A stretch of DNA of 64,000 bases from Eledone cirrhosa. Its lineage: Eukaryota. The stretch's first letter is position 1. Each line of letters starts with the position of its first letter. The stretch is taken from contig OZ024740.1 in the NCBI GenBank assembly GCA_964016885.1, positions 324,632,001 through 324,696,000 on the forward strand, read 5' to 3'. Below the pieces are notes generated by a model. That model ran no database searches, had not been told where the DNA came from, and was given only the letters and a program-made list of their open reading frames with translations. This document shows, one piece after another, positions 43,500 through 57,960 of the stretch. The translations under genes were made by a program, and so were the position numbers.

Positions 43500-43535
<36 letters not shown>

Positions 43536-43547
43536 AATATATATATA

Positions 43548-43826
43548 CGTAGGTCCCGGGTTGAGTCGAGGATAACCACAGTAAGTAAGGTACTCAATAC
43601 ATGGCAGAGTAAAATATATTTATTGTATAGAAGGAGCTTCTACAGGACTAGTACTGTTTCATTCAGATGAAATCTTCAGTAAATTTACTGAAAGGTGGGT
43701 GAATGTGGAAAAAATGGCCCGAGTGATTGGGCCTTCTCTGTTTATAAACCTGTAGGTTAAAGAAGAGAGCAGATTTCATCTGAATGAAACAGTACTAGTC
43801 CTGTAGAAGCTCCTTCTATACAATAA

Positions 43827-43828
<2 letters not shown>
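43548..43828 (-). mobile_element. Family D-related unit with hammerhead-like motif and short inverted arm
   Basis: Minus strand reads CUGAAGA-uuucaucugaau-GAAACAG-uacuaguc-CUGUA. 43771-43828 repeats it in inverted form from stem II onward. Confidence 0.75.
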
Positions 43829-43894
<66 letters not shown>

Positions 43895-43899
43895 GAGAG

Positions 43900-44213
43900 A
43901 GAGAATAATGAGCAGATATTGCAATAACCTGGGGTTCAAAGGCTCTCAACTCTTTAACAAGCTGCCAAGAAATTTGAGAGATCTGCATGGTGTAGACGTG
44001 GATGTTTTCAAGAAACATCTCGACACTCTGCTATACCAGGATCCCGGTCGATCCCACAGCACGATAAGAAGGTAACCTAAGGGCAGCTGCAAAGAACTAT
44101 CTCTTTCACCAATGGCCAGCCAACACAGGCTGGAGATAGAACGTGTAGCAGCCAGGGCGATACCCCAGCATGGCCTCAGCCGGGTGGCTGGAACAGGTAA
44201 CAGAGTAAAAGAG
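43900..44213 (+). mobile_element. CR1/L2-like LINE 3' end
   Basis: SRYCNNLGFKGSQLFNKLPRNLRDLHGVDVDVFKKHLDTLL, then a 3' UTR ending in ccccagcatggcctcagccgg...agagtaaaagag. Confidence 0.7.
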
Positions 44214-44258
44214 TATATATATATATATATATAGTCCTGTAGAAGCCATTTCTATATT

Positions 44259-44374
<116 letters not shown>

Positions 44375-44992
44375 TGTCATGGTTTGAGTTAGTTGAATTA
44401 AGAGTGAAAGGGTTAGGGTTTGCTGATCTGACTTCTATTGTCAGTGGAAACGAGGGCAGCAGGAAGTCCTGCTAATTAGATTATAAATAAATGAAGTGGA
44501 ACAATTGCTAATAGATAGTTATACTCATGACTCCCCTTCACTAAATATACATTACCTGTCTCGTAAATATAACTCTTAGTGTGCTAACCATTGTTCTCTG
44601 TCTTGGGTACAAGAAATAATAACGTATAAGATTCACATTCGCATGAAGTAGCCCAGCCCCAGACAAGACATTCTCGGTCCACCCTGTTATTGTATTCCCA
44701 CCCAGCTTCTTGTTACCAGTTGCGTGTCATGACCACTGTGTGAAACAACCCATAGCATTGTACTTTTTTGTGGATTTTCTTTTTTCTCTTAGAAAAACGC
44801 ACATCATTTCCCTACCCACCTGAAGGACATTTACATTGTCATTGGTCGAACGATGGGTGGCTAGTTAGATAGATAGATAGAGAGCTAGCTAGACAGACAG
44901 ACAGACAGAGAGACAGATAGACTGATAGATGGACTGACACATAGATACATACATGTATGGACAGGCAGAACGACATATATATATATATATAC

Positions 44993-45079
<87 letters not shown>

Positions 45080-45082
45080 TAC

Positions 45083-45169
<87 letters not shown>

Positions 45170-45205
45170 CAGAGATAGAGAGAGAGAGGGGGGAGGGAGA
45201 GAGAG

Positions 45206-45250
<45 letters not shown>

Positions 45251-45351
45251 AACAGAAAGAGAGACAGAGAGAGACAGACAGACAGAGAGCGAGGCAGACA
45301 GAGGGAGAGAAAGAGAGAGAGAGAGAGAATGAGAGAGAGAGAGGGGAGAGT

Positions 45352-45390
<39 letters not shown>

Positions 45391-45457
45391 AGCGAAAGAG
45401 AAGAGTGAGAGCGTGAGAGAGAGAGAGAGAGAGAGAGAGAGTGTGAGAGAGAGAGAT

Positions 45458-45805
45458 TTCTTTATTAGCCACAAGGGCGCACAAGAAAAGGGGACAAAAC
45501 AAGGACACATACCGGGGATTTTACATACAGTCGTGTAAAAATATGAAACAAACAATTACAACAATCGAAACCCCCAATAGGGGGGAAGCGCCACAAATGG
45601 GTTGTTTAATACCCCGTAGATAGAACAACCCTCAACTCCAAGAGCGTGTTGTGCAAGTTCTCCTTTCTTCCTTTTGCTCTCTCCTTTAACCTACAGGCTT
45701 ATATACAGAGAAGGACCAATCACTCGGGCCATTTTTGCCACATTCACCCACCTTTCAGTAAATTTACTGGGGTGCAGTGCCTCTCTCTCCACCATGATTC
45801 TCCTT
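45458..45805 (-). mobile_element. Tx1-like LINE 3' fragment
   Basis: Similar to 46829-47165 (tttattagccac, cacccaccttt, cctctctctcca). Abuts (GA)n and (GATA)n. Confidence 0.7.
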
Positions 45806-45902
45806 CTGAGGTGGATAGAGAGCTAGCTAGACAGATAGACAGATAGATAGACTGATAGATGGACTGACATATAGATACATACATATATGGACAGGTAGAA
45901 AG

Positions 45903-45944
<42 letters not shown>

Positions 45945-46269
45945 GGAAAGTTATATTTAAATTGTTGTGTTACAACTAGTAAATATTTATAACTGATATA
46001 AAAGCACTCGACAAATATTTGGAGTATATTTACAATATTAAATAAATGGAAACTATATTTATAAAACCATATTTATTTCATTATATATATTTCAGGGATA
46101 ACATATTAACAATATGCTATGCCGTTTTTATCTAAAGACATTTTTTCCAATTCCAAATCTATCTATCGTCCGAAACGGCATAGCATATTGTTAATATGTT
46201 ATCCCTGAAATATATATAATGAAATAAATATGGTTTTATAAATATAGTTTCCATTTATTTAATATTGTA
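45945..46269 (-). mobile_element. Family J fold-back unit
   Basis: 46031-46127 mirrors 46174-46269. Conserved hairpin at 46006-46025 (minus). Confidence 0.8.
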
Positions 46270-46606
46270 TATATATATATATATATATATATTTATTAAA
46301 ATAACAGATTAAAGTTTAAGCAAAGAATCGCTGCTTTCACCCGTAACGGGATCTTCTGAAACTAACAAAGTCAATCTGTAAACGCAGAACTGGATATTTC
46401 AAAAAACGTTGCAACCGGAGGAAGACAGGAAGACGATACTTTCGTTCGTGGTAACGTTCGCTGGCAAAGAACGGGAAAAAACGAATAATACGTCATTAAT
46501 AGGAGCGGTGAAAAACAATTACGCGCAAAGACAAAACCACGTTTATGGTATATATATGTATGTATATATAAATCTCTCTCTCTCTCTCCCCCTCTCTCTC
46601 TCTCTC

Positions 46607-46638
<32 letters not shown>

Positions 46639-46828
46639 TAGATAGATAGAGAGAGAGCGAGTGTGTGTGTGTGTGAGAGAGAGGGAGAGGTTGTGTGTGA
46701 GAGAGAGAGAGAGAGAAACAGAAAGAGAGACACAGAGAGAGACAGACAGACAGAGAGCGAAGCAGAGAGAGAGAGAGAGAGGATAAATAGATAGATTCAC
46801 AGACAGACTGACAGATAGATAGATATGT

Positions 46829-48620
46829 TTCTTTATTAGCCACAGAGGCACAAAAGAAGGGGACAAATACAAAGGGGGAAGTTTACATACAATAATAACG
46901 TGTAAAATATTATCACAATTGCAATTTAAAAAATTAGTCGAATTTCCCCAATAGGGGGAGACAGTTCATATGGGTAACACATATCCCCGAAAAAATGTGC
47001 AACTCTCATCTCCAGGAGTACGAAGAGTTTGTACTCCTGTCCTCTCCCCCTCCTTTTCCTGATATAGAGAGAAGGCCCATTCACTCGAGCCATTCTCGCC
47101 ACTTTCACCCACCTTTCATAAAACTTGCTGGAGTACAGCACCTCTCTCTCCATCCTGATTCTTCTTCCAAAGTGGTATTTGAAAAAAAGAATCAGTTGTT
47201 GGCCGGAGAGAAAGGTGCCTGACCTCAGCCCTTTCAACCTTGTCATACAACCTCTTTCGCCATAGCTATCACACAAAGGAAAACCGCCTCTCCTTCGTTT
47301 TTGAAGGAGGGGCGGTTTGATCATGGCAATGGACTCAGTGGTCAACCGGATTGGTCCCACCCGCGACAATAGTCGTTCTACATAGCCCCACAGGTCGGTG
47401 ACGCCCGGGCAGTGTATGAATGCGTGCGCGACGGTTTCTTCGCCTCGCACGCACCTCGGACAGATCTTTTTTGCAGGGTCCCTGCCCGGGCGCCCATGTC
47501 TGTAGAGCTTGTCTTGAACTGGTAGAGCTCCTCGGTAGCACTGCCAGGACAAGGACTCTTGGAAGTTGTCCATCGGTCCCGGGCGGAAGGTCCTCCCGAA
47601 CAGACTGGCCAGTTCATCTTCCTCTACACCTAGAGTTTCACCGAGTGCGTCGTTGCACTTGCTGCGGATCAACCATCTATAGAATGACGAAGTGGAGTCT
47701 CCACTGATCGCCGGGTCCGCCTGCCAGAGGGCTGTGAGCGCCTGAGCACATTCGATGTGCCAGTCACCCATTTTCCTCGGTCTTTGCTTGACCCAGGACT
47801 GCAGCTCGGTCAGCGAGACGAGTCGTGGGAAGGCTCGCCTCACGAACGGGGCCCACACCGGTTGTCCGGTGAGGAATACGTAGGGATGCCGCAGCCTGAG
47901 CGCGTGTTTGCGCATCGTCAGCCACGGCATCCCCAGCCCTCCGTTAAAAGGGTGTTGGGAGCAGATGGATTTTTATCACCAAAGGAGCCCGCCTCTTCCA
48001 AAGGAATTGGAAGAGCGCGCGCTCCATTTTGGTGAGCGTTTTGGCTGGACAAGGCACGACGGTCAAGCGGTAGTAGATGGTGGACGCTATAAAAGTGTTC
48101 GCCACCGCCGCTCGACCTTTCAAGGATAGTTTGCACTCGGCCCACTTCTGGGTAAGTGCAAACACCTTGGCCGTCACCTCGTTCCAGTTCTTCTCCACCT
48201 GGAGGACCGGACCAAACCAGACCCCGAGCAGCTTAATCGGTCCTTCCGTCCAGCGTCCGACGACGCCATCGGAAGGTATCGGTTTGCCTCTCCACGATCC
48301 GAGTTGCAAACCGATGGACTTGTCCCGGTTCAGCTTCGCTCCTGTGAACCTTTTGTATTCCTTCAGTAAGGTGCCGACTTCCTCGATTTGCGAGGCGCTC
48401 CACACCATTACTGTTACGTCGTCGGCGTAGGCCGACGCCGCTTTCCTCAGTCCCGGTTCCAGAGGAATGCCCTGCAATAGCTCCAACTTCCGCAGTAGTG
48501 TCTCGAGAGTCAGTACGTACAGAAGGGAGGAGAGAGGGTATCCCTCTCGGATGGATCGCGTGATATGGAACGGCTCCGAGAGGTTGCCGTTCACCTTGAC
48601 CCTTGAGCAGATGTTACTGA
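46829..48620 (-). mobile_element. 5'-truncated Tx1/L1-clade LINE (RT and zf-RVT), disrupted
   Basis: REGYPLSSLLYVLTLE, AYADD, IKLLGV, LSLKGR..VAN, CPRC..EETVAHAFIHC. 3' end ctaataaagaa. GATA-type repeats at both ends. Confidence 0.9.
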
Positions 48621-48929
48621 GAGATAGATAGATAGTTAAATAGACTAGAGCCCTTGCTATATCTTTCTTTTTCCGTTTTTTAAATATTTTCTTATTTTAC
48701 ATTCCATTCTTTCTTCTCAAACTAAATTGTCTTTTTTTTTTTTTAATTTGTATTTACATGTTATCATCTATAACCTCGGTTGAGGTAGATTTTAGAGAAA
48801 ATCGAGCACCATGCTAACTGAACCGAGAAGCCTTGTATATGCAGAATGGAGTAGCAGTAGGGTGAGGTACTTTTGTTAAGACGGCGGTAATCCCTGCTGG
48901 GTCGCCAAGCTCTATTGGATTTTGGCGTT

Positions 48930-49600
48930 TCGTGTAGAGGTGAAGACCATATTGTTAAATTTGACCTTCACAATAGCAAATTTATCTGGTGGTAGACGAC
49001 TGACACGGCTGTGTACTGGAGAACTGGTAGTTGGAATGTAGCGCTTTACTCTGTGGTGAGTTGTGGATTGGGAGATGTCATGATAATGAGTTTCAGGTAA
49101 TTCAAAAGGAATTCCGAGAATTCGTTCCTGGTCTCAGAGACGTTTGATATATGAAAAGTCACACGTGCAGATGTTGCCAGAAAAACCGAGGCATACTTAC
49201 TGCTATTGACGAGTCATTTCCCCTGATTATCGACCAGCAGTGAGTGAGCCCGGAGGAAGTCTGCTCCAATGATAGGCTGTAGGGCATCAGCGACGGTGAA
49301 TGTCCATGTATCTGTAAGCTTTGATTGTAGAATCATTGGCAGCTGCCACTGATTCCCCTCTCTATAACGGAGGTCGTTTGCAGATGCCGGGATAACACTG
49401 ACTTCTACTTCTGTGTCGATTAAGAATCTGACTGGAGATCTGAACATAGACATATGTTGATCATGTTTGCCGACCACCATGGTGTTTATTGATGGTTGGT
49501 CCTAGAGTTTCTCTCGGAGTCGATGATGAAGAGCTATTGAAGTTACATGGTTACTTGGTATCTTTTGCTACAAATTTCTTGTGAAAGAAACACATATTAC
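48930..49600 (-). pseudogene. Degenerate Gypsy gag-end, protease and RT-start fragment
   Basis: CFFHKKF; FLIDTEVEVSVIP...IIGADFL...LLVD; PVHSRVSRLPPDK. Confidence 0.7.
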
Positions 49601-49889
49601 TTTACGTGACCCCATTGTCTTGTGGTTGACCTCGTGGTGTTGATTCTCCCTCATTGCACCCTTTTCCGCCTCTTTCCCACACTTTCACACTTTGTATCCC
49701 TCTTTACCCCTCTTCCCTACTTTTCCCCCTTTTTTAACCTCTCTTTCCCTATTTCTTTAACCTGCTGTCTTCCTTCCTCTTTTCCATCCTTCCTTCCCTT
49801 CATGTTTTCCTCCCCTTCTTCCACTTCTGCCTCTTTCAACCCATTCTTTACCTACCCCCCTTTACTCCACTTCCTACCGATTTCACCCA

Positions 49890-50722
49890 CCCCTTTACCC
49901 ACATGTTTACCCACAATCATTATTTTACCCACAAATTTACCCAATATTATTATTTTACCTACCACTTTACCCACATAATCATTTTACCCACCATTTACCC
50001 ACAATAATTATTTTACCCACCATTTTACACACAATAATCATTTTACCTACCATTTTACCCACAATAATTATTTTACCCACTATTTTACTCACTACAATTA
50101 TTTTACCCACATAATTATTTTACCAACCACTACCCTCAATAATCATTTTACCCACCACATTACACTCAATAATCATTTTACCCACAATTTTAACCACTTT
50201 TACCCGATTTTTATTTGGGGGGGGGCGTTTTTTATTAATGAGGGTTCTTTTTTTATATGGGGGATCCGTTTTTATCCACAACTTTACTCACAATAATCAT
50301 TTTACCCACAATAATTTGACCTACTATTTATACCCACAATAATTATTTTACCCCCCTTTTACCCACAATAATCATTTACCTACCATTTTACCCACAATAA
50401 TCATTTTACCTACCATTTTAACCAACAATAATTAGTTTACCCACACTAATTATTTTACCCACCATTTTACGCACAATAATTATTTTACCTACCATTTTAC
50501 CCACATAATCAATTTACCCACTTTTTAGCCACAATAATTATTTTGCCCACCATTTTACCCACATAATTATTTTACCCATCATTTTTACCCACAATAACCA
50601 TTTTACCCACAATAATCATTTTACCCACCAATCTAGCCACAATAATTATTTTACCTACCATTGTACCCACAATTTTACACACAATAATCATTTTACCCAC
50701 CACTTTACCCACAATAATTATT
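49890..50722. repeat. Minisatellite, about 30-bp unit (ttttacccacaataattattttacccacca)
   Basis: More than 20 degenerate tandem units built from two ttttacccac sub-repeats. Confidence 0.9.
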
Positions 50723-50744
50723 TATTATGTGTCTAGCAATTCTT

Positions 50745-51200
50745 TACTGAGACATTCTAACCACATGCTCATAATATCGGAGTTGTGATCTCTCAATTCA
50801 GAGAAGTAGCGACTCTACCAGGAGTGACTTTCTGGTCTCTGAGTTATGCACTTTATCGAGTAAAGTTACTCCAAAGACCCCTCGGAGGAATCCCATTTCT
50901 GCCACTTTTATTTGCAGTTGTATTCTGTTGGTCATTAGTCCATGATTCATGATCCTCAGTCAGAGTTGGCAGGAATACCAGGAAGACAGCGAGTTTGGTT
51001 TTTACACTTACCCCCTCCCCTCACCTGATTGCTGAATGCTGAGGCTGGCGCATCACTGCATCAGCTTTTGCAATTCTTGCACTTAATTCAGCCTCCTGCA
51101 TTCCACCACTCATGAACACGTCTCCAAGACACTTCTCTAACTGCTTCAGTAGAACTCCATTCACATAAATTTGAGGACTTCTGTCCACTCGTCCATCACC
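50745..51200 (-). pseudogene. Degenerate RTE-like LINE RT C-terminal fragment
   Basis: Minus strand reads QIKVAEMGFLRGVFGVTLLDKVHNSE...RSQLRYYEHVVRM and ELSARIAKA. Confidence 0.65.
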
Positions 51201-51387
51201 CAATGTGTATGTGTGTTTGTGTGAATGTATACATATATATGTCTAACTTAAAAACAGAGACACACACACACACGTGTCTCTAATTTAAGAACGTTGACAA
51301 ACTCACGCGCGCGCACATACACACACTGTCCTATTACTAGCGAGTTTGGTTTTTACACTTACCCCCTCCCCCTCAGCTGATTGCTGA

Positions 51388-54300
51388 ATGATGGAAGCGT
51401 TCGCGGATGGACCGTTAGCCGCTTTTGCTAAGCTGGCAAGGATTAGATGGACCGGTGAACACGTTGACATTTTCGCAGCGGAAATACGGCGATTAGCCAT
51501 GTTGGCTGGATATCAGGTGGAATGCGAACGCACAATGCGGTTGGCGTTCATAAATGGGTTTCCAGACGACATAGCGGTGAAACTGCAGCAAGTCCCGAGT
51601 TACAAGGAAATGGAGATGCGTGCACTGGTGGGGCAAACCCTGCATCATAGCAGAAGATGCCAAGATGAGTGTCGCGGCGATAGCAATTACAGAGGCCCAA
51701 GGCAGCTGGCAGCGAAATGGTGAAAGGGAGGCAACCACGGCACGCGGTCGCCCGCGAACGTTTAGAGGTCGCTGTTTTAGGTGCCAGGGCCCGCACATGG
51801 CGAGAGACTGTAAAGAGTCAAGGCCGGAAAAAATATGCTACCGGTGTAAGCGACCAGGCCACATCGCTACTAACTGCGACCAGGGAAACGATCCAAGGGG
51901 AACTACTGCGCCGGTAGTTGCACCTTACGAGTGGTGGCGTTGCCCGTAGTGAAAGTTTTCGTGAGGGGAAAGCCACAGCGAGCCCTTGTGGACACGGGCT
52001 GTACGACGACACTGGTGACCGCGGAGTGGCGCAGAGGTGGAGAGGGAAGAGCAGTGTACGGGCAGTCGACTGTAGGAAAATTGAATGCCGAGGTCACAGC
52101 GAGGTGGAGATGGCGGTAACGGGGAAAGAAAATAAGGCTTTCTGCCATCGTAGTCGACAACGTGGTGGATGGGATCGGCGTAGTTATGGGCATGGACGCA
52201 ATTGGCCATCTAGGAGGCGTCACAGTGAACAACGTTGCTGTGTCGTTTGGCGGCACCGCATCGGTATACGCTATGAGTACGCGACAGGAAACCAGAAGGC
52301 CCACGACGAGAAATACCCCGCTTACACTGTGCAGGACAAAGACTTCAAGGCCGTATGATGGGAAACGATGGGTTGTTGAGTAGTACTGGAAGGGAGAACC
52401 ACCAACACTGAAGACCAAAGTGGGCTGCTATCAACACACATTGAAGGGAGCCATTAGGAGCGAGTTCGAGCGAGAGGTAGAGAAATGGATTGAGGAGGGC
52501 ATACTGCTTCCCTGGAAAGAGGAGGTGAAGTGCGGAGTATTGCCGTTAATGGCGGTGGCACAACCCACGAAGAACAAGGTGAGGCCGGTACTGGACTTTC
52601 GGGAGCTGAACAAGCGCGTATCATGCCACATGGGTGGCGAGGTCACGGATGTCTGTGGGGAAACCCTGCGTGAGTGGAGACGCATGACGGGGGCTTCCGC
52701 AATCGTAGATCTAAAGTTGGCATACTTACAATTACATATAGATGAGAAGCTCTGGCAGTATCAGCTGGTCAGGTATAAGGGCCGGGAATATTGCCTGACT
52801 AGGCTCGGTTTCGGCCTGAGCTGTGCACCGAAGATCATGGCGGCGGTCCTCAAGACCATTCTGGGAAAGGCCGACAAGATGAAGAGACCCACTAATTCCT
52901 ACATTGACGACATCCTAGTGGACAAGTCTGTAGTGTCGGCGGCGGAGGTCACGAGCCATTTATGGACTGGCTGCGAGGTCACGAGCCATTTATGGACTGG
53001 CTGCGAAGCCGTCAGAAGCGTTGGAGGGAGGAGCCACGCTGGGACTTAGGCTACGGCGAGACAGGACGGACCTGTTAGTATTCCAGAGTGGAAATGAAGT
53101 TCCAGAACTGGGCCCAAGTATGAGTAGGCAGGAGCTTTTCTCGGCGTGTGGAAAGTTGGTGGGTCACTACCCGATTGCTGGGTGGCTCCGAACGGCATGC
53201 AGCTATGTCAAGAGACGAGCGGGCGGGGTGACTTGGAGAGACAGAGTGGGAGAGAGGACGGTGGCCATGATGCAGGAGATCGTGGAGAGGGTGAAAGCCG
53301 ACGACCCAGTGCGGGACGCTGGTATGTTCCCAAATCGCAGAGCGGGACCGCATGGTGCGATGCCAGCAGCATAGAGCTGGGTGTCACGTTGGAGATAGGA
53401 GGTGTTGTGGTCGAGGATGCAACCTGGCTTAGGAAGAAGGACGATTGCTACCACATCAATGTGGCCAAACTGGACGCGGTGTTGAGAGGGGTGAACCTCG
53501 CCCTGAGGTGGGGACTGCGCACCATCGAGATACGCACCGACTCGGCTACTGTACTGGGATGGGTGAGATCAGTGCTCACAGTGAGAAGAGAGTGCGAACG
53601 AGAGGGGCGGCGGAGATGCTGATAAAGCGCCGCCTGGGAACTTTAGGGGAGCTGGCCACCAAGTTCGACCTGAGGCTGAGCGTAGTTTTCGTTCCCTCAG
53701 AGAACAATAGGGCCGACGTTTTAACAAAGGTGAAGAAAGCCTGGATGGTAGCGCCGGAGGAGGTAGAAGAGGAGATAGCTGCCGTGTGTCGGCTGACCGA
53801 GTCGGATCTGAAAGGGTTGTATGACATGCACCACATGGGAGTGGATAGGACTCTGTTCTTAGCCAGGAGAATCGACTCGGACGTTAACAGACACAGTGTT
53901 CAAAGAGTGGTTAGAGGCTGCGTCCGATGTCAGTCCATTGAATCCGCCCCGGGTGTGCACGAAACGGGAAGCCTCCCGGTGGATCGCGACTGGAAGCGAT
54001 TGACTGTGGATGTAACACACTACCGACAGGGAAAATACCTCTCAATGGTCGACTATGGACCGGGACGGATGGCGATATGGAGGGAGATGAAGAGGGGAAC
54101 GGCCGAGGAAATCATGCGGACGTTGAGAGAGGTGTTCTTGGAGCGGGGCCCTCTGGACGAACTGCTGAGAGACAACAGCGCAGCATTCCGCTCGGAGGCG
54201 CTGAGGGAGATGCTCGATGGATGAAAGGTGGACCGTTTCTTCTGAGCAGCGTACAGGCCGAGCGGAAATGGAATCGTGGAGCGACATCAGCGGACGATCA

Positions 54301-55068
54301 AAGCAATGGCGGAGCGGGGCCACATCTCACCAATGGAGGCAGTGTTCTGGTACAACATGTCTCCTCGGGTGGGACATGTTGAGTAATCGGTGCCACACAG
54401 AGCAGTATTCAGATACGAGTGGCGGCACCCGTGCACGCCACCACAACGGCCAGTGGAGAGAGAGAATGCATTCGTGCAGGTGGGCGAAGAAGTCTGGGTT
54501 AAGCCTCCAGATGCACGTTGCACATCTCAATGGGGAAGGGGAACGGTGACGGCCGTAAATTCCCAGAACAATGTTTCCGTGGACGGAGTACCACGTCATG
54601 TCCTGGATGTCCGTAGAATCACTGTGTCAACGGACTCCAAGGAAGAGCAAACCCAAAGTGCTGCCCCAACACTGCGGAGATCGCAAAGAAGTCGCAAACC
54701 ACCAACCTGGACAGCAGACTTTCATATGCAGAAGGACGAGGGGGAAATTGATTCTTGAGATCAGGGGGGCGTGTGGGTATGGTATGGTGTGCGGTGGCCG
54801 GAGGCTGGGGAGTGCTCGACCGGAAGAGTGCTTGACCGGAAGGGTGCTTGGCTGGAAGGGTGCTCGACCGGATGGGCCAGCAGGTCTGCCTCTCTCCAGG
54901 GTGATCAGCGAACGTGGTGGACGTCAGATTTCCAGCTCCCGGTTAACGAGTTGCATTGTACGCATGTGGGAGAGGAAAAACCAGCCATTGGATTAACGGT
55001 GCCTGTGAAAGCGGTAAGTGAGGTAGCTTTTTCTAACCACAGTGGCAACTGGGCTGGCTTGCCTCGCT
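51388..55068 (+). mobile_element. Ty3/Gypsy LTR retrotransposon, 5'-truncated and frameshifted
   Basis: gag zinc knuckles ([27 protein letters not shown]), protease ALVDTG, RT (VLDFRELN, YIDD), RNase H (WCDAS, TDS), integrase (H..H..C..C, DVTH, DN, GIVER). Purine tract agggggg followed by TG at about 54772. Confidence 0.93.
54772..55068 (+). repeat. Putative 3' LTR, truncated by a family C insertion
   Basis: Starts TGTGG immediately after a polypurine tract. No second LTR copy in the window to confirm it. Confidence 0.5.
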
Positions 55069-56906
55069 TATATTATATATTAAAATAACAGATTAAAGTT
55101 TAAGCAAAGAATCACTGCTTTCACCCTTAACGGGATCTTTTGAAAATAAAAAAATCAATCTGTGAACGCAGAAGTAAATATTTCGAAAAACGTTGCAACC
55201 GAAGGAAAACAGGAAGACGATACTTTGGTTCGTGAAGACGTTCCCTGGCAATGAACGGAAAATAGCGAACATAATACGTCATCAATGTTTGTCGTAATGC
55301 AGACAGCTAGACATACAGACAGATATTATAAGAGCGCGACAGAGATCGATAACTGGCGCCTAACACCCCTTTTACAACAGAAAATTGAAAAATAGAAGCT
55401 GTAGTTAATATCTTTAGACCGCAAGGAATATATAAATGCAAGTTTGAAGTCAATCAGAGTAGAAATGAGGATTTGTATAGACTTTGCAAAAATGAGGACA
55501 CACACAGGCAACTACAGTTTTATATATATGTATAGATAATAGTTATATACCCATACATATAGATGTATGTGCACACTCATACGCGTCAGCGTGTAGAAAA
55601 TCATAATCTCTCTATCTCTCTCATCACACACTCTCTCTTTCTGTCTATATGGTAGTTGAAGTGGTGGTGGTGGCAACAATATACCGGAAGTGTAACTTTG
55701 AAAAGAAGTCAACTTTAGATTATTTATTTTTACGAAATTATTTGTTTACGAAATTTAGTACATAAATTATGTAATATTCATTCATTATTTATTTAAAGTA
55801 ATCCAACTTATTTTACTAACTGGATTAAAAGAAATAAACTGTACGCAGTCCCGCAGCCCTTGCTTTATTATAGTTTAGATGGATAAACATACTAAACGTT
55901 CTTTGTTCGTCGATAGACTTACTAGAGAGTATTATAACAGACATTACAAGAATACGAATCATCAAACCACCAAACCATCGAACCATCGAACCATCAAACC
56001 ACCAAACTAATAGTCTGACAACCTGTTCAATATATTTCAGAGGTGACACGAAATATATAACCGGAAGTATAAATAAATATGGGCAGCGTAGCGTGAAACA
56101 CTCTAATTTATAAAAAGTATTGATACCCAGTTGCCATGTAGATATTATTTGATCGATTTGATCGATTTATATATGAAATAATAATAAAAATTGAAGTAAT
56201 TCGATTTGTTATTTTGTGATGTATTTTCATTTCTTCTCGAGAACAACTTTTTCAAAAATTATATCAAATTTATAAGCACTCTTTAACAATAGGTTATTTC
56301 TGGGCTAGACATGAAAATATTTATTAAAGTTACTAGACAAAAGCATTCTCGTATATATATATACGCATACATATATATATATATATATATATATTGTTAT
56401 ATTTGGGGAGGGTCATATTTGCGTAATATTGCCAGAATTAATAACAGAACACACTCACTGTTTGGTTGGTTTTCGCTTCTCGCTGTCTTTTATATATATA
56501 TATCTGCGATCTAACTTACTCGGTCCTCAATGTTGCCATTGACTGACCGGCGGTCAAAAATAATACAGATACAATATAGACAAACACATATATATATAGT
56601 TTACATAAATCTTTCGTTGCACATCTGCAACATCGTCAGTGGTGTTATATTCATTGTTCCTCCTGTTGTGTTGTATGTCTACGCCATTTTTTTTGTTCAG
56701 TCTGTCTATATATTTATTTATTTATTTGCTTGTTTGTTTATCTTATTTTATTTTGTCTTCTTTGCGCATGCGTTTGCGTGTGTGTATAGTGTTATGTGTG
56801 ATGTGTGACTAGTGTGTATAGTGTTGTGTCTGCTGGGTGACTAGTGTGTGTTTATGTGCTTGTGTATGTATTTATTTATCTTATTTTATTTAATTTACTT
56901 ATTTAT

Positions 56907-57430
56907 TTATACTTCTCTTAGGTCAATGTTGTTTGTTTGGGTGTTGTTGTTGTTCCACTCATTCTTTCTGTTTAGCTTTGGTCTTCTAATTTCTATTTCA
57001 CTGGCCTCTCTGATTTGCCTATCTGCTGGGTCATTCCTATGTTTAGATATTATTCTAATTTCTATGTTGCCTATGTTACCGTCATGATGTTGTCTAGCAT
57101 GTTCGTATAGTACTGACCCGTTTTTTCGTCCTTTTAGTTCCCCCCAGTGTTGGTCTATCCTTTCACCTATGCTACGAGCTGTCTCACCTATGTATGTTGT
57201 TGTCGTGTTTCTGCAAGTACCCTCTGTACATCTTATGCTATAGACTACGTTTCTAGTTTTACAGTTTATCCGGGGGTTCACCTTACATATGATACATTTC
57301 CTATTGGTACAGTGGGTTTTCTTAAAAGGGTAGGTTTTGCTGATCAGGGATTTTATGGTGGTTCCTGGCTTTTCTACCACCTTTATTTTTAAGTGGGTCT
57401 TTCTCAGGGCCTTTCTACACTGGTTAGCTA
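56907..57430 (-). pseudogene. PLE GIY-YIG endonuclease fragment
   Basis: CTNRKCIIC..CKTRNVVYSIRC..C...YIGETARSIGERIDQH...SVLYEH...H...RQIREASEI...PKLNRKNE. The N-terminal 15 aa of the called ORF come from the inverted repeat. Confidence 0.9.
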
Positions 57431-57667
57431 AAGATAAATAAATACATACACAAGCACATAAACACACACTAGTCACCCAGCAGACACAACACTATACACA
57501 CTAGTCACACATCACACATAACACTATACACACACGCAAACGCATGCGCAAAGAAGACAAAATAAAATAAGATAAACAAACAAGCAAATAAATAAATAAA
57601 TATATAGACAGACTGAACAAAAAAAATGGCGTAGACATACAACACAACAGGAGGAACAATGAATATA

Positions 57668-57730
57668 ACACCACTGACGATGTTGCAGATGTGCAACGAA
57701 AGATTTATGTAAACTATATATATATGTGTT
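57668..57730 (+). ncRNA. Type I hammerhead-like motif in the family K pseudo-LTR (mirror copy near 56585-56646)
   Basis: CUGACGA-uGUUGCA-gaug-UGCAAC-GAAAG-auuuauguaaa-CUA. Stem I is weak. Confidence 0.65.
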
Positions 57731-57960
57731 TGTCTATATTGTATCTGTATTATTTTTGACCGCCGGTCAGTCAATGGCAACATTGAGGACCGAGTAAGTT
57801 AGATCGCAGATATATATATATAAAAGACAGCGAGAAGCGAAAACCAACCAAACAGTGAGTGTGTTCTGTTATTAATTCTGGCAATATTACGCAAATATGA
57901 CCCTCCCCAAATATAACAATATCTGTTTCGACACACGATTTCATATAAAAAACCTCGCAA

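Noticed and set aside
49890-50722. CRISPR-like or telomeric array
   Set aside because: No unique spacers and no TTAGGG units. It is a degenerate minisatellite in eukaryotic DNA.
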